A stretch of 64,000 bases of DNA from Macrostomum lignano (taxonomy: Eukaryota): NCBI GenBank assembly GCA_002269645.1, contig NIVC01001231.1, forward strand, positions 79,440-143,439. The letters are read 5' to 3'. Positions 51,231 through 62,550 of this stretch are shown here, in pieces; the stretch's first letter is position 1, and the number at the start of each line of letters is the position of its first letter. The notes beneath the pieces were generated by a model that searched no databases, had not been told where the DNA came from, and saw nothing but the letters and a program-made list of their open reading frames with translations. Both the position numbers and the translations under genes were made by a program.

Positions 51231-51639
51231 AGAGTTATTTTCGTTACTGCGTGTGTACTCTTGTCATGTCTAATACAATTAATCACAATATATTAAGTAC
51301 TTAATATTCTTAGGCCGCTTCTATTTTTCTAGGATGACAAGTAACAATTGCAGTTGACTGGATTGCCTGCAGTTTGATGATAAGCTGGTGATATAAGCTT
51401 TTGTTTTATTGTAATTATATGTACTTTTACTGTTTATTAACGCTTGTAAAAAAACCTAGTTTTTCCTTACGCAGCCAAGTACTGTAAACAATACAAATAT
51501 AATGTACTTATACAAGTGAGATTTTTGATGCGCTTTTTGAAGAAAGGTCTCTGTAAATGCTTTTAAAATTCCGGGTATCATCTGTGCTCACGGCTAATAC
51601 TTAAAATTATTAAAACCTTGCATTGTTTGGCTGCCAACT

Positions 51640-51975
51640 TCCCAGATTCTCAGTTGCTGGGCCAGCCTCCCAGATCCTCAGTCGCTGGGCCAGCCTCTTA
51701 GATCCTCAGTTGCTTGGCCAGCCTCTCAGATCCCCAGTTGCTGGGCCAGTCTCCCAGATCCTCAGTTGCTGGGCCAGCCTCCCAGATCCTCAGTTGCTGG
51801 GCCAGCCTCTCAGATCCTCAGTTGCTGGGCCAGCCTCCCAGATCCTTAGTTGCTGGGCCAGCCTCCCAGATCCTTAGTTGCTGGGCCAGCCTCCCAGATC
51901 CTCAGTTGCTGGGCCAGCCTCCCAGATCCTCAGTTGCTGGGCCAGCCTCTCAGATCCTCAGTTGCTGGGCCAGCC
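51640..51975. repeat. 28-bp minisatellite
   Basis: CTCAGTTGCTGGGCCAGCCTCCCAGATC. Confidence 0.93.
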
Positions 51976-52125
51976 CTGATCTGTCGTGCAAAATGAAATG
52001 ATTCCTTGTTTCAGTTTACGAATAAGTTTGCAGACAAGGAAGCGCAGCCGCGTCAAGGTCAGACCACAAACGAGGCACCTCTTATTTATTCAGCCCGATG
52101 AGTTTCATCGCCATCAGCTACATTA

Positions 52126-55100
52126 TCAGAGACGCGTATTGTCATTGTTGAAAGAGAGCCCGGTGCACTGGTTCTCCTTCCACCAGCCGCCCAGGTGAAT
52201 TCCGTAGTAATTCTTGTGCGCCTCCACGCAGGCCATCAGGTTGGAAGGGCTCAGGCAGGACCGCCAGTTGTCCGAGGAGTTGGCGCAGCTGCTGTCCTCG
52301 TTAATCGGCGTGCCGGTGCAGATGCGGTGGCCGCCGCTGCCGGGCAGCATGTCGGCAGTTCTCGCGAAGAAGACCTCGGTGCCGTGATGGTAGGGGAAGC
52401 CGAGGTGCCCGGAGCAGCTGAAGGGCGCAACCAGACGGGAGACGCCGCGGCTCGACAGCATCACCGGCGAGCAGATTGGCAGGTGCACGATGAGGTCCTG
52501 GAGAGTTTGAGCACATTTTTTATCCTGGAATCACGGTTACTTATTAGACTAGCTGAGGAAATGCCTCATATTGAGAGCACTTGGCCATCTGAGAAACTCC
52601 TCATTGACAGCACTTGGCCATCTGAGCAACTCCTCATTGAGAGCACTTGGCCATCTGAGCAACTCCTCATTGAGAGCACTTGGCCATCTGAGCAACTCAT
52701 CATTGAGAGCACTTGGCCATCTGAGCAACTCCTCATTGAGAGCACTTGGCCATCTTAGCAACTCCTCATTGAGAGCACTTGGCCATCTGAGCAACTCCTC
52801 ATTGAGAGCACTTGGCCATCTGAGCAATTCCTCATTGACAGCACTTGGCCATCTGAGCAACTCCTCATTGAGAGCACTTGGCCATCTGAGAAACTCCTCA
52901 TTGAGAGCACTTGGCCATCTGAGAAACTCATCATTGAGAGCACTTGGCTATCTGAGCAACTCATCATTGAGAGCACTTGGCCATCTGAGAAACTCCTCAT
53001 TGAGAGCACTTGGCCATCTGAGCAACTCCTCATTGAGAGCACTTGGCCATCTGAGCAACTCCTCATTGACAGCACTTGGCCATCTGAGCAACTCCTCATT
53101 GAGAGCACTTGGCCATCTGAGCAACTCATCATTGAGAGCACTTGGCCATCTGAGCAACTCCTCATTGACAGCACTTGGCCATCTGAGCAACTCATCATTG
53201 AGAGCACTTGGCCATCTGAGCAACTCATCATTGACAGCACTTGGCCATCTGAGCAATTCCTCGTTGAGCAAGATTTGCAATAGTCTCACATTTCCGTGCA
53301 CTACTCGCCAGCTGTTGGGCACCAGCCTGTCGAATGCCCTGGCAAAGAAATAGTCACCAACTCTCGGCTCGCCGAGCGAGTAGAAGGCCAGACGGCCGGG
53401 CGTCACGCCATCAATGGCGGCCAGACTGGCTGCTGCGAGGGCCGCCATTGCGCCTCCGAGTGAGTGTCCGGTGACCAACAGGCTGTGGTCAGGGTTGGCC
53501 CGCATCAGCGCCAGCGTCGGCTCGTGAAGCTGCGGCCAGAGCGCTTTGAATCCGTTGCTAAAGTACGCCTGTACTTTGCCGCCGATCGGGAAGGCCTCCT
53601 TGGGCATGGCGAGGCCCATGAGGCCCTCAACCAGCAGTTGGCTGCTGCCGGTGGTGCCACGAAAGGCGAGCACGATCAGCTTGCGGTCCGGCAGGCGGCC
53701 TGTGGTTCAGGTTTTGGAACTTTTATTTTTGTTTCTCTATCAATGACTTCTTTAAGTCTGTATGGGGGTTTTGCCCAGCAAACTCGAACTTGAAAACAAA
53801 CAGCAGCAAAACAGAGTAGGAAAAGCGTCTCAGGGCGCGCCTCAAGACTTGGGATCGAACGTCAGAATCTGAAGCGCTGGCGTCAGCAGCTGCAACTCTT
53901 TTATCAGCTGTGACCAGCAGGACTTGACAAGACTCTGTGACCTACCTGCTGGAGTCGCCGACGTCACGACAGGTGGCTAAGTCTGCATTTTTGATGACTT
54001 CCCGCTCAGGGGGTGTCTGAACTGGCGGGATGTCTCTCCGACATTTGCGGAACGGCGTCACAGAAGACACAGTGGTAGAGAGCCGCAGCCTGTCTGTCAT
54101 GCATACTGTATGACTGATGGTTGCTGTTGGTAGAATAGAATCTACAACTTAGCTTTTCGGCTTAGATGTAGCTTACTCGTAACAGAAGCATGCAACAGTA
54201 ATTTCTAGCCTTTGCTCTGCTTACATGTCCTCCGTGAGAAAGAGACATTATTTCGGAGCAAAGTCAGCAAATCTAGCTAGAGAACTCACCAACAAAGCCG
54301 GAGCACTCGTCGTGCAGCATGTCGCAGGCTGCCACGCCTTTGACGACGTCAACTAGACGGCCTCCGCCTGCCTGCGCCGCCGGCGGGAAGTTCGCCAGAC
54401 AGGGCGCCGGCTCCGGAGCGTAGGCAGCGCCCGAGATAGCGGCGGCCAGCTCGCTCAGCCGGGCGTCGAACTCGTAGTGGCCGTTGTCCGGCTCGTGGCA
54501 CTTGCCGGGATCCACGACCTCCTGCGCATGATTGAACTTAATTACTTATTGAAGCGCCTTACGCTTGTAATTTGAAAACTCAGTTATAGAGTTTGAGAGG
54601 TCAAAACTAGCATAAAGCTCATAAAGCTTGATTATGAGCTAGTTTTTATCATTTAGTTCTTAAACTCAGCTGCAGTTTTTGTCGTTTGGTATCCATAATA
54701 TGATATCCATCGGAAGGCTTGACTTGTCGACTGTCGGGTGTGAATCCTTAATTTCATGGCAAATCCCATCTCTTCGTGAATACAAAAAAGTATCTTTAAA
54801 AAAAGCTCAGAAGTGCAAGGAAGACAATTTGTTTTAGGAAGTACGAGCTATTTTTTAAAGCTTTCGTTGTCCATATCGAGCAAGAAGAATACTCGTAACT
54901 CCTGTTGTAACCAATAAGACGCTTTGGTTATAAAGGTTAGCGCAAAGGCTTACAGCGGCCCTTTCACACCATCATCAGTCCTCAAGGGCGCCAATCGGAC
55001 GACAAGCCCATTGCGGCCAATATCTGTGCACGAGCCCTAAATTAATGCGGCCACGCACTGAATCGAATCCGGTACTTTGTCGCAAGATTTAGCTTGTAGA

Positions 55101-55359
55101 CGCGTTAGACTGAACCTGGCAAAAGGATAGGGAATTGCCCCCGTACCTGCGAGGACGAGCACTTGTTGACGAGGGAGCCGGGCTCGTGGCAGGCCAGGTC
55201 GATGGGGCACCATCGGCAGGAGGTGCCCAGCCAGGACTGGCTGGTGGCGCACTTGGCGCAGTCGGTGTGACTGGAGCAGCTCTCCCGCCTGCCGGCGCGG
55301 CCAGCCGACGATGCCAGCAGTAGCGCCGGGAGCAGCGCAAGAATCAACGGCCGCAACAT
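52126..55359 (-). CDS. Secreted class-3 (fungal-type) lipase with an N-terminal PSI-like domain (exons 55359-55147, 54521-54290, 53699-53290, 52497-52126)
   Basis: Signal peptide; C..C..C....CRWC....C; IVLAFRGT, VTGHSLGGAMA, FYSLGEPRVGD, WRVVHGN|DLIVHLP, YHHGTEV, HKNYYG; splice phases 0, 1, 0 are consistent. Confidence 0.9.
52561..53262. repeat. 33-bp minisatellite in lipase intron 3
   Basis: CTCCTCATTGAGAGCACTTGGCCATCTGAGCAA. Confidence 0.95.
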
Positions 55360-56196
55360 TTCCTGGCTGCGTGTACTTTTGTGCTACTTTTCTGTAGGAA
55401 GTCCTTTCTGCTCCTGGCTTATGAAGCCCAAATAGTATCTGGAGAAACTTTAGTCCGTAGCAATGGATAAGCGGACAATCGGCCTATGGAGAGGCTTTTT
55501 TGTTCGCTAAAATAATCGACTCAAGAGGCCATCTGCCAGCACTCTCAGGCAGTTCGAAGGTTGAATCAGCTTTTGGCAAATGCCGTGCGTCTGGTACGTG
55601 CCGCTGCTATTATATAAATTGTATCGCATATCACAGATTTAGTATACTGAATAACATGACTTGAACAACTGCGTGGCTTCATGACCTATACTCTGTCAGA
55701 TTTGCCAATTCAAGCAGTTTAAATAGCTGATCTCGCATCACGTGAGGAGCATGTAACCATGACCTGGAAGAAATCCCTCTAATGTCGATCTGAGCATTCG
55801 CTTTGAGCATTCAATGAACGTGCTACGAGTGTTATAGTGACGCAATTACTTCCATGAGCAATCGCATGCATGCATAAACTGTACAAAAGCACGTCACATT
55901 GCTTCTGCTTGAATGTATTGGCGAAGTTAAATGATTTATTGCAAAACACATTCTAAATAAGCATTACAGATCAATTCCGACAGCCAAGCGGTAATTAGTA
56001 ACGGCGCATAAGTTGCGTAGGCAATCGCGCTGAATAGGAGCTGGATAATCCATTGTTACGTCATGTTAAATTTTGAATCAAAATCTCACAAGGCAATATG
56101 TTACATGAAAGTTCAGAGTACAAAGCTGTTAAAAATTAGATGCATTTGAAGAGGTTTGGAGCAGTCGGGACTGCATGAATTGCAGCTGTTGATCTG

Positions 56197-57369
56197 TCAC
56201 CAAAATCGACCCCGAGCGCCCAGGTGAGCAGTCAGCGCCCTCCTCGGACACACCTCCGGGTCCTTGACGTCCCTGTGGAGTAGCACGATGCCGCGCTGCC
56301 GAGCGGTCTCAGTCGCTGTCTCAAGATAGAGGCTGGATTCGAACTTGCGATCGAAGATGTCGAGGTAGGACAGACTCTCGGCCAGGCAGAGAAACTGCAG
56401 CAGGGCTTCGTCGCTGATGCGGGGCACACCGAAAAGGTTGAGGTGTCGCAGGTGCGGGCAGACTGTGCGGATCGACTCCAGGCTGCGGCCGGTGAGGTTG
56501 TGACAGCAGGTGAGATTCAGCGTCTCCAGCTGGGGGAGGCCCTGCAGCAGCGATCTCAGGTTGGAGTCGGTCATTAGGTAGCCATGGCGACGTAGATTCA
56601 GGATACGCAGGCCGGGGCATCGGGTGCGAACGATGGCGAGCGACTTCGGTGTCAGGTAGCAGCCTTCGAGGTCCAGGATTTCAAGTGAAGAGGACAGTAT
56701 GCAATCCAGAGTTTGATTGTTGAGCATCTTTTTACTGCGAAGCCGCTGTATGAGTTGGCTGCGGGAGAACAAAAGTTTTTCATGCTTTGCATAATAATTC
56801 GACTCTGTTTGTCCATATTTATTGTGTAGCAACTTTTGCTTACCTTATCAGATAGTCGTCATTGAAATCGGAGAAGTCGTATTGCTTAATGTTCATGGCA
56901 ATGGCATCCAGGCATATTTCTCCAAGTTTTTTTACTCTTGAATTGTCATGAAATGGCTTCTAAAAAGGAAGGAAGTAGTTTTACGTTTAAATCTAACTTG
57001 AACTGTTAATTGTTGTCATTTAGCTGAAAATATCTATGAATGGCATCTTTAAGACCGAAGTGATACTTACCTCTTCAAGCCGCCGTCCAAACGTAGCTCG
57101 AACAATTGCTGACCATTTAAAGCATCCTGCTTTATTTCAAATCGTTTCACCCCTCGAAAGGAGACATCTTCTGTTATTACTGACTTCAACAATTCTTGTG
57201 CGTATCCTTTAAGTAAACTGCACTCAAGAAGCTCGTCGAGATCTACAAAGTCCCCGTCGTTAACTGCAAGACCCTCTTTGGCAGCACCATATCGAAGTAA
57301 ATAAGCAAGAATTTTTCCTATCCGTTTGCGCACAATGGGGTCTAGCTGGCCCCTCAGCTTGTCTTTCAT
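56197..57369 (-). CDS. Tpt1/KptA N-lobe-like domain fused to AMN1/FBXL-like leucine-rich repeats (exons 57369-57071, 56959-56844, 56758-56197; one-base deletion at about 57106)
   Basis: KILAYLLRYGAAKEGL..DGDFVDLDELL..KRFEI..(I)VRATFG; VKKLGEICLDAI; LEILDLEGC, CPGLRILNL, LETLNLTCC, CPHLRHLNL. Exon 1 is 299 nt and needs +1 to match the phase-0 acceptor. Confidence 0.72.
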
Positions 57370-57931
57370 TTTTGAAGATGCTTGATTTTTTGGTCGTATT
57401 TAGATTTGGTCTAAATAATAGTAAATATTACTCGCAATAATATAATGACAGGAAAAGAACTACTTTCTAAGGTTAAAAATGTCCACCTTGCTTTTATTTA
57501 GCTGTAACGAAAATTATTATTCTAAAATGTACAAAAATGTAATAATGCAACAAGCATGCAATCCTTAAAAAAGATTGCGCAAGCAAAACCATATTCGTGC
57601 CTAATGGACATTAGTGTTTCCATGATTCTATTTTAAGATTTTTGCTAGCAAAATTGCAAAAAAACTGATAAGGCCGCTTGTGTATCCAAATGTAGTTAAA
57701 AGATAGTCTATATATGACTTTTATTTTGTTAATATCGGCTGTTTTCCTGTAAAAAAGAGATCGTTTTTACAAACATTTTTAATTCGGTTATAAGACGAAT
57801 TAAATCGGATTGCAGTTGTGACAGTCTAGTGTCCTTTTTAATTTGAGTGGGTTTGATTTCGACAAATCGAACTAGTAGTGCGGACGTACGGAGTAAGTAA
57901 TTTTCGAGCTCTAAGTGCTGCTGTTAACAGC

Positions 57932-60900
57932 ATGCAAGTTTTGCGGGTGTTATTTATCTTTCTGGCTGTTGCATGCGTTAATGCTCAAGCTGGGCAAAGG
58001 GAGCCACAAAGATTTCAAAAGCCAAAGCTTGCGTCATTCACGATGCCAACCTTGAAAGTTCTTTATTGGTAAGAGCTCTTTTTATTTTGATGGCTAATAT
58101 TGAAATTAGTCTTTAGGTCCAAAACTAAGAGATAGGTCAGCCTTATGTATGAAGTTATGTTATGTAGGCCCTAGGCGGCCAGGCCTACTTAATAAATTAA
58201 ATAATAATACCTTACTTTGGGCTACACTTAGGCCTAGGCCTAGTTTAACATTTAAGAATAAGTATTTAAAAAAATTGCCATTTTTTGTGCTTTGTATAAT
58301 AGGGGGTTAGTTTCTTTTAGTGATAATCCATAGTTATCATAGTTTGGAAGGCAACATATATGCCAAGATTTCCTGGTGTATGACAAGGGTCTTACCATTT
58401 TTCAGCATATACCAAGGTATATCCTGGCATACATGGCACAGTAGAGTAGATACATCATGTTAAATGATAATTTTTTTATATTGGCACACAAACCTGGTCT
58501 AGTGTGGTGTACAAATGAGGTTGTCATTTTTTCTAGCATTAAACCTGGCGTACACTAATATACCATCCAAACTATGGCATAATTAGGATTAAATAAGGCA
58601 ATACTCAGCAAATTTCACCAATTTTTCTAGTGCAAATAGGCTATTTCTCCAATGCACTAGGCATCCTTTGTTCTTATAGTTATATTGCATTTTTTGAAGT
58701 TTTTTTGCTTTTGCTTAATTATAGCACAGATTTCCTTTTTTAGTATATAGGATTATGCTAAGTATATGCCCAAGCCAGGCGCAGATCTAGAAAATTTTTG
58801 AGTAGGAGGCCAAGCTATACCAAGCACTATAACCCTTATTGGAAAATAGACCTGGTATAGTAATAGGCCAAAAAAGTATGATCAAAATTTCTTTAGCTGC
58901 GGCTAAGGAAGGGGGCCATGGCCCCCCTCTGGATCTGCCCCTGGCCCAAGCAAAAATTGAGTAAGTACAAAAGTATACCAAAAAATAAGTACATACCTAA
59001 TAAATGACGTTTGAGTTGCAATAATAAATAACCTTTTTGCATTGCATAAGGGGTATGCAGTCATTTTGTCTGCTACCTTTTTGTCTACTGACAGACAAAA
59101 CAACTTTTTAAGAAGAAAAATGAAGGTATAGCTACATAGCTAGTAAAGCTAATTTTCTATAATTATTATTGCAAATCATGCAAAGAGTTAAAATGGGGTG
59201 TCAGTTTTTCTAAGTGTAATTTTGTTTATAGCAATATTTCAAAGAAATATGATATAAATTTTAAATATCCATAGAAAAGAAGAACGTATACTGATAAGAA
59301 AGGATGCTGTAGTTATGAATATTGAAGGCAGAGACAGAGCTCATTGTTAAAAATCATTTGCTGGCTATTATGAGCATTATTATGACCCGATCCAATGATA
59401 ATTAATGCATTTTCATTAGGAACAATTATTCAGCTTACAAAATTCATATACAAAAAGTTAGTGTATGTGTATATGTATACTATGGGTCCCTTGGGAAAAA
59501 TATTTTTAGATTATACACTTGTGCTTCTAGTTCTAATATAATGTACTTTTTAAGATATAAAGGTTTTATTTTTATTATTATATGTATCAGCCTCATACAA
59601 CAACAACAACAAGGTACTGCTCCCGCCGGCCACGCAGTAGCCAGAAAGGGGGGAGCAGTCAGAAAGTGCGTCTCTGGGCCATTGCCCTCAGGTTGAAGGT
59701 GGCAATTCTAAACGCGCTTCCTGGTACAGCTGGGGCCCGGACTTGTTGGGCCTCACGGTCTCCTGCGCCACTAGGCAGAACCAATTGGATAGGGGCCGGG
59801 TCAAGCAAACTTGCTCCCAGTCTTTCCACTTCCACCTCGAAGTGTCTATGCCTCTGGGCTTGCCACTCTCCCATCTATCACACCTGGCAAGCTCTAGGCA
59901 GTCCAGCACCCAAACCCCCAATCACCCCATCTGTGGTCTGCACTGAGGGGAGCAGAAACACAACACTGTTGTTAAGAAACTCATAGAGTTGACTATAACA
60001 ATTGTTATTATTTATTTAGTCTTATAGTCTTAATTAACAAAGTCTATTTAAAGTCTGTTATGATTAATATAATAGAATTATACCACAATGTTTTGCACAG
60101 ATTTGAATTTAATATGTGCATCTGTAGTCATGCCCCCTAAATCTTTACCTGTATATAGAGCATTAAGTGTTTAATTATAGGTTTTTAGTTTTCTTTATTG
60201 CTAGTCATGTGGCACTTACTATAGCTTTCTTAAACCCATTTTATATACTGTGATATCCCAATTTTAGCATACATAAATTGATTTAATGTCAGTTCAAGTC
60301 TTTATATTTTACTTTTAATTCCCATATTTTTAGTTACTCCTGAGGCTACCGCCGGGTGTTTGAGGAATTTGCCCACATCTTGTCGCAGAAGTTCCCCACT
60401 CTGCACATCGAAGGGGACAATTATCCTCCACCCACATGGCGGCAACAACTGTGCAGCACTCTGTCAGTCATCAAATTCGCCATCATCATTGCTATCCTAT
60501 CCGGCTTGGATCCGTTCCCCTACCTGGGCGTGGCCACTCCCCACGTGTTCACCCTGGCGCAGGAGAACAAGCTCTACGCCTGCATGATGTTGTTCTTTGT
60601 TGGCAACGCGATCGAGGGCCAGCTCATCTCCACTGGGGCTTTTGAAGTGTCCTACAATGGTCAGTGTGAATGGGTGAATGGGCAGGGGGTTTGCGGGCGA
60701 CATCCTCCCGCATCCAGCACTGAGGCGATTCTCTGTGCCCTGGGGTTGGCCCTCATGGCTGTGAATGGCACAACTCCCCCCCCCCAATATGAAACCTACG
60801 CCAGCATCCATCATCAACCCGGTAAGCTTAACCCAACCCGCAGACATGGTCATCTGGTCCAAACTAGAGAACGGCCGCGTGCCCTCGCCAAGCGAACTGA

Positions 60901-60956
60901 TCAACATTATCGACAGCCAGTTATCGATGAGCTCATCGTCCATTCCTAGTTCATAG
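57932..60956 (+). CDS. SELENOT: Selenoprotein T (exons 57932-58068, 60334-60659, 60844-60956; Sec TGA at 60341-60343)
   Basis: Signal peptide, LKVLYC|YSUGYRRVFEEF (CxxU), IEGDNYPP, ENKLYACMMLFFVGN.IEGQLISTGAFEV, IWSKLENGRVPSP.EL. Confidence 0.95.
58776..58943. mobile_element. hAT-type MITE in SELENOT intron 1
   Basis: TIRs CAGGCGCAGATCTAG / CAGGGGCAGATCCAG; perfect 8-bp TSD GCCCAAGC at 58768-58775 and 58944-58951. Confidence 0.85.
59597..59975 (-). mobile_element. Short non-autonomous LINE derivative (APE start plus (TTG)n tail)
   Basis: GC-rich island in an AT-rich intron; reads ..GSAFRIATFNLRAM.. (start of the LINE endonuclease), then ends in a (TTG)n tail. Confidence 0.5.
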
Positions 60957-61124
60957 TTCATACTGAACTTAATTTTTGTTTTTCATAGTGCATGCGAAAT
61001 GACTCGTCTCTTCATTTTTATTTATGTCAAAGCTGTATTACTTATTTTAACTGTCATGAAATTCCCATCTGACCTGCTCTGGATAGTTATACTTGAGTTA
61101 CTCTAAGAGAATCTTAGTATGTGG

Positions 61125-61735
61125 AAAGGATTCCCCTTTTGGTATCCAAGGGAAATCCTAGTTGCTATACGGGAAGGATTCCCCTTTCAGTATCCAAGGG
61201 AAATCCTAGTTGCTATACAGGAAGGATTCCCCTTTCGGTATCCAAGGGAAATCCTAGTTGCTATACAGGAAGGATTCCCCTTTCGGTATCTAAGGGAAAT
61301 CCTAGTTGCTATACAGGAAGGATTCCCCTTTCGGTATCCAAGGGAAATCCTAGTTGCTATACAGGAAGGATTCCCCTTTCGGTATCTAAGGGAAATCCTA
61401 GTTGCTATACAGGAAGGATTCCCCTTTCGGTATCCAAGGGAAATCCTAGTTGCTATACAGGAAGGATTCCCCTTTCGGTATCCAAGGGAAATCCTAGTTG
61501 CTATACAGAAAGGATTCCCCTTTCGGTATCCAAGGGAAATCCTAGTTGCTATACAGGAAGGATTCCCCTTTCGGTATCTAAGGGAAATCCTAGTTGCTAT
61601 ACAGGAAGGATTCCCCTTTCGGTATCCAAGGGAAATCCTAGTTGCTATACAGAAAGGATTCCCCTTTCGGTATCCAAGGGAAATCCTAGTTGCTATACAG
61701 GAAGGATTCCCCTTTCGGTATCCCAGGGAAATCCC
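61125..61735. repeat. 48-bp hairpin-forming minisatellite between the SELENOT stop and the SECIS
   Basis: GGAAGGATTCCCCTTTCGGTATCCAAGGGAAATCCTAGTTGCTATACA, about 13 copies. Confidence 0.95.
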
Positions 61736-61864
61736 AGTTAATATGCGACAAAAATATCAAATCCAGCAGTATCCAAGGTAAAATCCATTCGAACAATCTG
61801 CATTACTTAAGATAAAATGCAAATGTCAGAAGCGACTCGCTGCTCTAACCAAACAGAACTCACA

Positions 61865-61942
61865 CAGCGCGCTCTGAATGACGAACAGTTTGGCCGAAAA
61901 CTCGTAACAAAATTCGAGTGGCCACTGGTCTGAAAATGGCTG
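61865..61942 (+). promoter_or_regulatory. SECIS element (form 2) of SELENOT
   Basis: AUGAC (61878-61882), helix II GAACAGUUUGGCC / GGCCACUGGUC, unpaired GAAA, mini-stem ACUCG/CGAGU, closing UGAA (61931-61934). Confidence 0.85.
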
Positions 61943-62289
61943 CTTAAAACAGTTGAGCAGCCGGCGCCTGCCTGTCAGTCTGTACAGTCTCAGGCGATAA
62001 CTGATTGACCCAATTGATTTCTGATTTCTGTTCCAGCGCTTATCCCAGATTTACCAGTCGATATTGAATTAAAAACGGTTTGCGTTTGTTTTCAGTTTTT
62101 GCAAATTCTTTCTGCATCGATCCTAAAGCTAAATTTTACCCATAATTTGTTATTGGATTAATAAACGCAAGCATGTGTACACCCGGATGTTGTCTTTTAG
62201 AGCTTTCTTGTCGGTTTTATTTATTTTTTGTAAATCCTTAGTCTAATTTCTTGATTGGTCCTGCTTGTATCAATAGTTTGAAAATAGCA

Positions 62290-62460
62290 ATTGATTTCAC
62301 CTGCCCCAATGGGTAGATGTGCAACCGACAGTTCAGCCGCAGCCATTGCGCGGCGCATCTGAAGGCTGCGCACGTCCTTATCTTGCTCAAGGACACACAA
62401 ATTGTTCCGAGTGGGTCGGGAATCGAACCCCCGTCGTGAGACCCATAGGCTACAACCCCC
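62290..62460 (-). mobile_element. tRNA-derived SINE
   Basis: Minus strand: A-box-like TAGCCTATGG, B box GGTTCGATTCC, central GTGTCCTTGAGCAAG motif typical of SINE conserved cores, and a 3' GCCGC/GCGGC hairpin tail shared with 7881-7937. Confidence 0.75.
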
Positions 62461-62550
62461 ATTAAAATGAGGAAAGTTGGCCAGTGCAAAGAATTTTCCC
62501 ATAGATTTCGAGACCGAATATTCGACCCCCCCACTGCTGCAGCAGCAGGC

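Noticed and set aside
52549-53353. Repetitive ORFs in the lipase, SELENOT and CWC15 arrays, and an apparent bias for unit lengths divisible by 3
   Set aside because: No synonymous-biased variation or processing sites, unlike 32491-32871; several arrays (26, 28, 34, 40, 55, 161 bp) are not multiples of 3.
62405-62460. Functional tRNA gene
   Set aside because: The anticodon arm is missing and the sequence continues into a SINE core and tail.
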